Part shown: positions 16,768 to 22,031 of the stretch, one piece after another
How positions within the stretch are numbered: the stretch's first letter is position 1
Layout of the letters: each line of letters begins with the position of its first letter
Source: Candidatus Micrarchaeia archaeon
GTDB taxonomy: Archaea; Micrarchaeota; Micrarchaeia; Anstonellales; J096
Reading direction: 5' to 3'
Assembly: GCA_041500865.1 (NCBI GenBank)
Contig: JBGQMY010000020.1
Location: 1-22,031 of the forward strand
DNA length: 22,031 nucleotides
Made by a program: the position numbers and the translations under genes
Notes under the pieces: generated by a model
The model's input: the letters and a program-made list of their open reading frames with translations, nothing else
Told to the model about the DNA's origin: nothing
The model's database searches: none

Positions 16768-18789
16768 ATGGTTGAAGCCCAGAGAAAGGCCGCATTGCCG
16801 GAATCGGAAAGACAGGCAAAACTGCCGTCAGTTTCCGATGCCGCGCAGGCAGCGCAGCTTGACACGATAAACAAAAACCTGCTCCATATGGTGAATGAGA
16901 CGTTCAAGACGCAGACGGCGCTAACTGGGGCGATGGCCGACATACCCCTCTGGAACATGATGCTCAAGGACCTGGCGGGCTTCAGGCTGTTTACGGGCTT
17001 TGCCGCAGGCCCGAAGGAGTACAACAGGCTGGCGAAAGTGGGCGAGGAGATTGAAAAAAGGCAGGGGAAGTTCGCAAACAGCGCGCTCGGCCTGCACAAG
17101 CACATATGCGACATTAAGGCCGGCAAGGAACCGGCTGACGGATTCAAGATTGCGGCAAAGGCCCAGAGGATGCTTGAGGACTACAACAGGTACATGGAAG
17201 GCCTGATAGGCCTTAGGGAGATGATTGCGGCATATAAGATAGAGGGCAGAACCAAATGGGCGGTTGCGACGATAGACGGCGCCATGACGGTCGGCATGTT
17301 CTTCGGCCTGGGCGCCATCGCCAGCTCTACAGGAAAGGCGATTGCAAAGGAAGGGATAAAGGAAGGGCTCAGCCTTACCGCAAAGGCGATGGGCCAGGGC
17401 GCAAAGGCCGCGCTGACCACGCGGATGCTTGTGATAAACGGAGCGATGACTATTGCATTCACTGGCATGGAGGTTTTCAATGGTTTCCAGCTTTCCAAAT
17501 CCATGAAGGACTTTGAGGCAAGCCCGCAGCAGGGCATAGCGTCAACGCGCGCCATGCTTGACAAGATGGAAAGCAAGCTGGCAGGAAACAAAAATGCGTC
17601 CGAGATACGCAAGGTTGCGGATGCTGAGCGCATTGAGCTGAACCTGATGGAGGCGCAGGCAAGGGAGCCTGGCTACAAGGTTGACGCTTGGAGGATTGCT
17701 AAGACCTGCGGCCTGATGTTCGGCACGTTCCTGCTTTTTGAAACAGGGCTCGGGACATCAAGAATCGTGAATGCGGAGATAGGCGGAAGTGCCGGAGCCG
17801 CACTTGCGGGAAGAGACACAAGCAGGACAAAAGGCGGCAAGGCGGAAGGGCTGGCAGTGGCGTCTGGGGAAGAGTTTGCAAAAGGAATAGAGACGTTGGA
17901 AGGGTTAAAGACGGCAATAAATAGGATGGGGCTGGATGCGTCAGCGCAGGAAAACGTCCTGAAGAATATCAACGACATTACGTATAAAGGCGGAAAAATG
18001 CCTTCCATGGAAGAGCTTGTGGAACGCGGGTATTTGGTAAAAGACAAAAAGCCGACGCCTGAGGAACAGTGGGAAAAATCCATGGAGTTCCTTGCTGACA
18101 GGGAAAAGAGGATGAAAATCCTCAGGAAGGAGATATCCGCGGAATTTTCCAATATCGGCATGCCGGAAAAGCTGGCCAACACATATGCAGGCATCCTGGT
18201 CAAGCTGATAGACATATCTGAAAGGAGCGGATATACCGAATACGGCCATGACACAAGGACAGCGGCATACGTGGCAAGGATGCTTGAGCACATGGACAAC
18301 ATAACGGCAAGGGACAAGGCAGTCATAAGGCTTGCAGCGCTTATGCATGACATAGGCAAGGCAGGCGTCAGAAACCAGCTTCTCAGGAAGCCGGGGCCGC
18401 TTGAGGCTGCAGAAAGGACAGAGATGGACAAGCATGCAGAATACTCATACCAGATGCTGAAAGGGATTTTCAAAGACATCGGCGGGATAAGCGATGCTGA
18501 CGCCGAAGCCATAGCCGAGCTGGCAAGGGACCACCACGAGAGCTTCTGCGGCTTCAGGAAGGTCGGCAACGAATACATACCCACAAGGCTTTCGGGGGAA
18601 GAGATACCCATCGGCGCCAGGCTGCTCGCGCTTGCCGACAATTACGATGCAATGCTGAGCCCAAGATCCTACCGTGAAGGCCTCCTTACGCAGGAAGAGG
18701 TCATATTCGAGATAAAAAAGAAAAAGGCTGAGTTTGACCCTTTATTCTTTGACATATTCATGAAAAAAGTCGTGCTTGGGCAGAAATGA
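16768..18789 (+). CDS. Membrane-associated protein with a C-terminal HD-GYP-like phosphohydrolase domain
   Basis: GHDTRTA, AALMHDIGK, LLRKPGPL, HHE, GEEIPIGARLLALADNYDAMLSPRSYR; Gly/Ala-rich hydrophobic N-terminal segments. Confidence 0.85.
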   Translation: MVEAQRKAALPESERQAKLPSVSDAAQAAQLDTINKNLLHMVNETFKTQTALTGAMADIPLWNMMLKDLAGFRLFTGFAAGPKEYNRLAKVGEEIEKRQGKFANSALGLHKHICDIKAGKEPADGFKIAAKAQRMLEDYNRYMEGLIGLREMIAAYKIEGRTKWAVATIDGAMTVGMFFGLGAIASSTGKAIAKEGIKEGLSLTAKAMGQGAKAALTTRMLVINGAMTIAFTGMEVFNGFQLSKSMKDFEASPQQGIASTRAMLDKMESKLAGNKNASEIRKVADAERIELNLMEAQAREPGYKVDAWRIAKTCGLMFGTFLLFETGLGTSRIVNAEIGGSAGAALAGRDTSRTKGGKAEGLAVASGEEFAKGIETLEGLKTAINRMGLDASAQENVLKNINDITYKGGKMPSMEELVERGYLVKDKKPTPEEQWEKSMEFLADREKRMKILRKEISAEFSNIGMPEKLANTYAGILVKLIDISERSGYTEYGHDTRTAAYVARMLEHMDNITARDKAVIRLAALMHDIGKAGVRNQLLRKPGPLEAAERTEMDKHAEYSYQMLKGIFKDIGGISDADAEAIAELARDHHESFCGFRKVGNEYIPTRLSGEEIPIGARLLALADNYDAMLSPRSYREGLLTQEEVIFEIKKKKAEFDPLFFDIFMKKVVLGQK

Positions 18790-18792
18790 AGA

Positions 18793-19350
18793 TCAGTCTC
18801 TTTCAATAGAGGAATAGGTGATGCTTGCCAGCATAAAGCGGCGGTCACTTTCTCCGTATCTCGAGCTCACTTCGCCCACGAGCGCGGAAAGGAACTCTGC
18901 TACGTCCTGGCGATGGTCTGCTATGCAGTTCGTAATCGTAAGCATCGCCTCTGAATATTCCCTGATGTCCCCTCCGCTGAGTATTATCTTCTTGAGCGGC
19001 TCAATGGCGTTCCTGAACAGCGGGTTGAACGGCGGTTCGGAAACAGTCTCCTTCATTGCTTTGAGCAACAGAATCCTCAGTTCCGGGTCTTTCTCCTTTT
19101 GCAGGACGTCCAGCAAAGGCGAAAAGGCTTGTGCGGACTTCAGCTCTGCCAGCTTCTTTGCCCCATTTATCCTTGTTTCCCTTGTTACGGAGTGAATGTC
19201 TATAAGCGCTTCGTGAAGTTCTGCGATACCCTGCCGCTTCCCGAGATATTGCAGGCGCTGGCTTCTCTCCCGCGCAGCCCTTTCGGTCGGCGCCTCCGGC
19301 CTTGTTACCGGAGCAGTATCAGTGCCCCCTCTTGTTGCAGTCTTGGACAT
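18793..19350 (-). CDS. HEAT-repeat-like helical protein
   Basis: TRINGAKKLAELKSAQAFSPLLDVLQKEKDPELRILLLKAM resembles a HEAT/PBS-lyase repeat; TATA box ~25 nt upstream. Confidence 0.6.
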   Translation of the reverse strand: MSKTATRGGTDTAPVTRPEAPTERAARERSQRLQYLGKRQGIAELHEALIDIHSVTRETRINGAKKLAELKSAQAFSPLLDVLQKEKDPELRILLLKAMKETVSEPPFNPLFRNAIEPLKKIILSGGDIREYSEAMLTITNCIADHRQDVAEFLSALVGEVSSRYGESDRRFMLASITYSSIERD

Positions 19351-19419
19351 ATGGTATAATTGTGGAAGTTTGGGTATAAAAACCCTTTTGTTGCTTTTTA
19401 AACGCCCGTCGGCCTTTTA

Positions 19420-19953
19420 TCAATGCCCCTTATCCGCCAGCTCCATGATTACGCGGTCCCTGAACTCGCCATAGTGGCAGTAATAGCTCTTTAGCCTGCA
19501 AACATCCCTGAAGCCAACGCTTTCGTAGAGCTTTCTGGCAGGCTCGTTGCCGTCCACATACTCTATCATCATTTTGTGCGGGAAAAAGGATGCCCTGCCT
19601 TCTTTTATGGCCATCAGCAGCAAACGCCTGCCAAGGCCCTTGCCTCTGAACTCTTTTGAGACTGAAAGCCCGAAATCAACGTTATGCTCGTACGGCTGCA
19701 GGATACCCTTCCTTGCTTCGCAGCTGCCGGCTATGCTGCCTTTGCTAAAAGCAAGGACATAGAGCTTTTTTCCCTCATCCAGGGCCTTTGCCGTCTTCTT
19801 GAGCCATTCCTCCTCTTCGGCAATGGTGATTTCCTTCTGGGACATTATCATGGCCTTTTCTGCTATTATCGGGTTGATGAACTCCAGAAAAGCTGGCGCG
19901 CCTATCTCCGCAAGCCTGCTGCCCTGCCTCACAACCTCGATGGAAACGTCCAT
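19420..19953 (-). CDS. GNAT family N-acetyltransferase
   Basis: Motif A VSKEFRGKGLGRRLL; GNEPARKLYESVGF. Confidence 0.9.
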   Translation of the reverse strand: MDVSIEVVRQGSRLAEIGAPAFLEFINPIIAEKAMIMSQKEITIAEEEEWLKKTAKALDEGKKLYVLAFSKGSIAGSCEARKGILQPYEHNVDFGLSVSKEFRGKGLGRRLLLMAIKEGRASFFPHKMMIEYVDGNEPARKLYESVGFRDVCRLKSYYCHYGEFRDRVIMELADKGH

Positions 19954-20004
19954 GGCATGGTTCGTAAATGAAGGATTTTTTAAGTTGCCTTGGTTTTGCG
20001 GAAA

Positions 20005-20877
20005 TCAGAACAGCACTTCCTCAATGCCTTCTGACGCGCAAAGCTCCGAGACGCTCTTCCTTTGCGCGGCATTGAACGCCTTTTTCTCCATTGCAACATA
20101 GCTGGCTTTGCCTTCCATGTTCTTGGATATCGCCTGCCTGAACATGCCGGAATCAAGGCAGGAAAGCGAATGCGATGCAAGCATGTGGCCAACTGCGCAT
20201 TCCGAATTGAGCGAGTATTCTGTCATTGAGGGCATGTAATGGCCAAAGCCTATGCCGAAAAATGCGCCATATTTTTTGTTGGAGCGAAGCGCGTCCATTA
20301 CGGCATCTGCGACAACGGAACACGCCTTAAGGTCATTCCATTCCTTTTCGGACGAGCCGACTTCCACAAACGTGCAAGGCACGTCAACAGTGGGCCCGTG
20401 ATGGTCTGCCTCGTAGCAGACCTCAAACCCAAGGCCTGCCTTCTTGTTCAGCTCCGTGGCATTCAGCAGGAAATTTTTCATGAATGAGGCGTTTGCGAAG
20501 CTAAGCGTGCTTGGCGAGCCCCCGAAATCAGCCTTGTTGCACCAGTTCCCGGACGTGTGGGTCGTCAGGCACGGCTTGCCTGTCTCGGAGCGGTGCGGGC
20601 TCAATACGATGGCCATCTCGGCGTCTTTTGGGGGAAGAATGTCCAGCACGGTATCTGTCAGCATGTCAACAAGCGTGAAGCCGTTCCATTCCCATACTTG
20701 CCCAGAGCTGCCCTTCTTGTCAAGGTCAATGATTTGGTCCGCCAGGCTTTTGCCCACAAGCGTGAAGCCATTCCATTCCCAGAGGGAGCTGGACGTCTCA
20801 AAGAATTCGGTTTCAATAAGGTGCCTGGCTATGTTGTAGCTTGCCGGTTGTTTTGACGTAAAGAGGATATACCTCAT
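20005..20877 (-). CDS. dtdA: D-aminoacyl-tRNA deacylase (archaeal DTD2/GEK1 type)
   Basis: LSPHRS, LTTHTSGN, YEADHHGPT, FVEVGSSEKEW, GIGFGHY, GHM. Confidence 0.88.
   Translation of the reverse strand: MRYILFTSKQPASYNIARHLIETEFFETSSSLWEWNGFTLVGKSLADQIIDLDKKGSSGQVWEWNGFTLVDMLTDTVLDILPPKDAEMAIVLSPHRSETGKPCLTTHTSGNWCNKADFGGSPSTLSFANASFMKNFLLNATELNKKAGLGFEVCYEADHHGPTVDVPCTFVEVGSSEKEWNDLKACSVVADAVMDALRSNKKYGAFFGIGFGHYMPSMTEYSLNSECAVGHMLASHSLSCLDSGMFRQAISKNMEGKASYVAMEKKAFNAAQRKSVSELCASEGIEEVLF
20669..20781 (-). repeat. Intragenic in-frame tandem duplication in dtdA (87 bp period)
   Basis: 26 bp cores at 20669-20694 and 20756-20781 match 25/26; both encode WEWNGFTLV. Confidence 0.85.
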
Positions 20878-22031
20878 CTTATCCTCCTTACCTCCATGTT
20901 GAACGGCGCCTCGGCATGCACGCCAAGCGTCCTTGAGACGTCATGCGCGAACTCCTCCGTTTTTCCGTAGTCCCCGTGCATCGTGAACACCCTGCGCGGC
21001 TTGGGCGAGATGTTGCCGAGCCAGGCCATGAGCTGCTTCCTGTCGCTGTGGCCGGAAAAGCCTTCAACGGTCTCGACCTCCATCTGTATATTCATGACTT
21101 TCGTTTTTCCGTTCTCGCCAGGCGCGGATATCTCGCGCACGCCCTGCTGTATCTTGCTCCCGAGCGAAAGCGCGCTCTGGTATCCTACGAAAATCAGGGT
21201 GTTGAGCGGGTCTGGCGCCATCATGTAGATGTATTCCATGACCGGGCCTCCCGTGAGCATGCCTGAAGGCGCGACTATGACGCAGGGCTCGCCGTCTATT
21301 ATCTCTTTCTTGTCCCTGCCGTATGCCAGCTTTATCATCGGGGACTCAAAGGGCGAGTCGTTGCTCAGTATCCTCTTCTGGACTGACGCCCTGAGATAGT
21401 CCGGGTAAGCGGTATGTATCGCAGAGGCCTCAAGAATCATGCCGTCTATGTAAACCGGTATGTTCCATTCGGGATGCCTCCTGCTGTAATCCTCAAGCAC
21501 GAGAAGTATCTCCTGGCTCCTTCCGACAGAGAAAACGGGTATGAGCACCTTGCCCTTCCTCTGTATGGCATTGTTTATGACCGCCATAAGCCGTTCCTCG
21601 GAATCGTTCCTGTTTGACATGAAGTCGTTCCTTCCGCCGTACGTTGACTCAACGAAGATGGTCTCCGCGCGCGGGAAGTTGATGTGCGCCGGGTCAAAGA
21701 GCTGTGTGAACCCGAACTTCAAATCCCCGCTGTATATGAGGTTGTGCTTGCCCTCGCCGATGTGAAGGTGGGTTACCGCGCTTCCGAGGATGTGGCCTGC
21801 ATTGTAGAACGTGAGCTTCACGTCCGGCGTTATGTCAATCACTTCGTTGTAGTCCACTGATATCGTGTTGTTGAGCTCGGTCTGGATTTCCTTCTTGGTG
21901 TACGGCGGCTCAGAGCCGAGGTATCTCTTTGAAAGCTGTATGTAGTCGTTCTGCAGAAGCGCCATCAGGTCCTTTGTCGGCGGCGTCATGTAGACGGGGC
22001 CCTCGTATCCTGCCTCGAACAGGAAGGGAAG
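20874..22031 (-). CDS. fttA: beta-CASP ribonuclease aCPSF1 / termination factor FttA, 5'-truncated by the window edge
   Basis: LPFLFEAGYEGPVYMTPPT, NAGHILGSA, ESTYG, PVFSVGRSQE, SGMLTGGP, GFSGHSD, HG. Confidence 0.92.
   Translation of the reverse strand, partial: LPFLFEAGYEGPVYMTPPTKDLMALLQNDYIQLSKRYLGSEPPYTKKEIQTELNNTISVDYNEVIDITPDVKLTFYNAGHILGSAVTHLHIGEGKHNLIYSGDLKFGFTQLFDPAHINFPRAETIFVESTYGGRNDFMSNRNDSEERLMAVINNAIQRKGKVLIPVFSVGRSQEILLVLEDYSRRHPEWNIPVYIDGMILEASAIHTAYPDYLRASVQKRILSNDSPFESPMIKLAYGRDKKEIIDGEPCVIVAPSGMLTGGPVMEYIYMMAPDPLNTLIFVGYQSALSLGSKIQQGVREISAPGENGKTKVMNIQMEVETVEGFSGHSDRKQLMAWLGNISPKPRRVFTMHGDYGKTEEFAHDVSRTLGVHAEAPFNMEVRRIR

Noticed and set aside
16441..17147. Minus-strand ORFs sharing peptides with ORFs at 14315-14824 and 14569-14772
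   Set aside because: By-product of the 76 bp DNA repeat, not paralogous genes

Overview
Gene-dense archaeal chromosome segment. A group II chaperonin, aCPSF1/FttA, an archaeal-type D-aminoacyl-tRNA deacylase and TATA-box promoters support this; a DPANN/Micrarchaeota-like origin is a guess. 1-7706: surface-glycan locus (GT4-like, SGNH protein, RmlC, RmlD-like, SDR, RfbF-like, methyltransferase, GT2, sugar-phosphate nucleotidyltransferase). 7732-13014: type IV pilus/Tad-type ATPase and platform protein, a Cys-rich transglutaminase-like lipoprotein, and a PAP2 phosphatase plus polyprenol-kinase-like pair. 13121-14758: thermosome. The most striking feature is an AT-richer 1.93 kb cassette carrying a fused PyrD-PyrK gene. 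It lies between two identical 76 bp copies of the thermosome 3' end, has no integrase, and its cargo gene takes its stop codon from the repeat. Downstream are a membrane-associated HD-GYP-like protein, a HEAT-repeat protein, a GNAT, DtdA with an internal 29-aa duplication, and a partial FttA. No RNA genes or CRISPR arrays were recognised.
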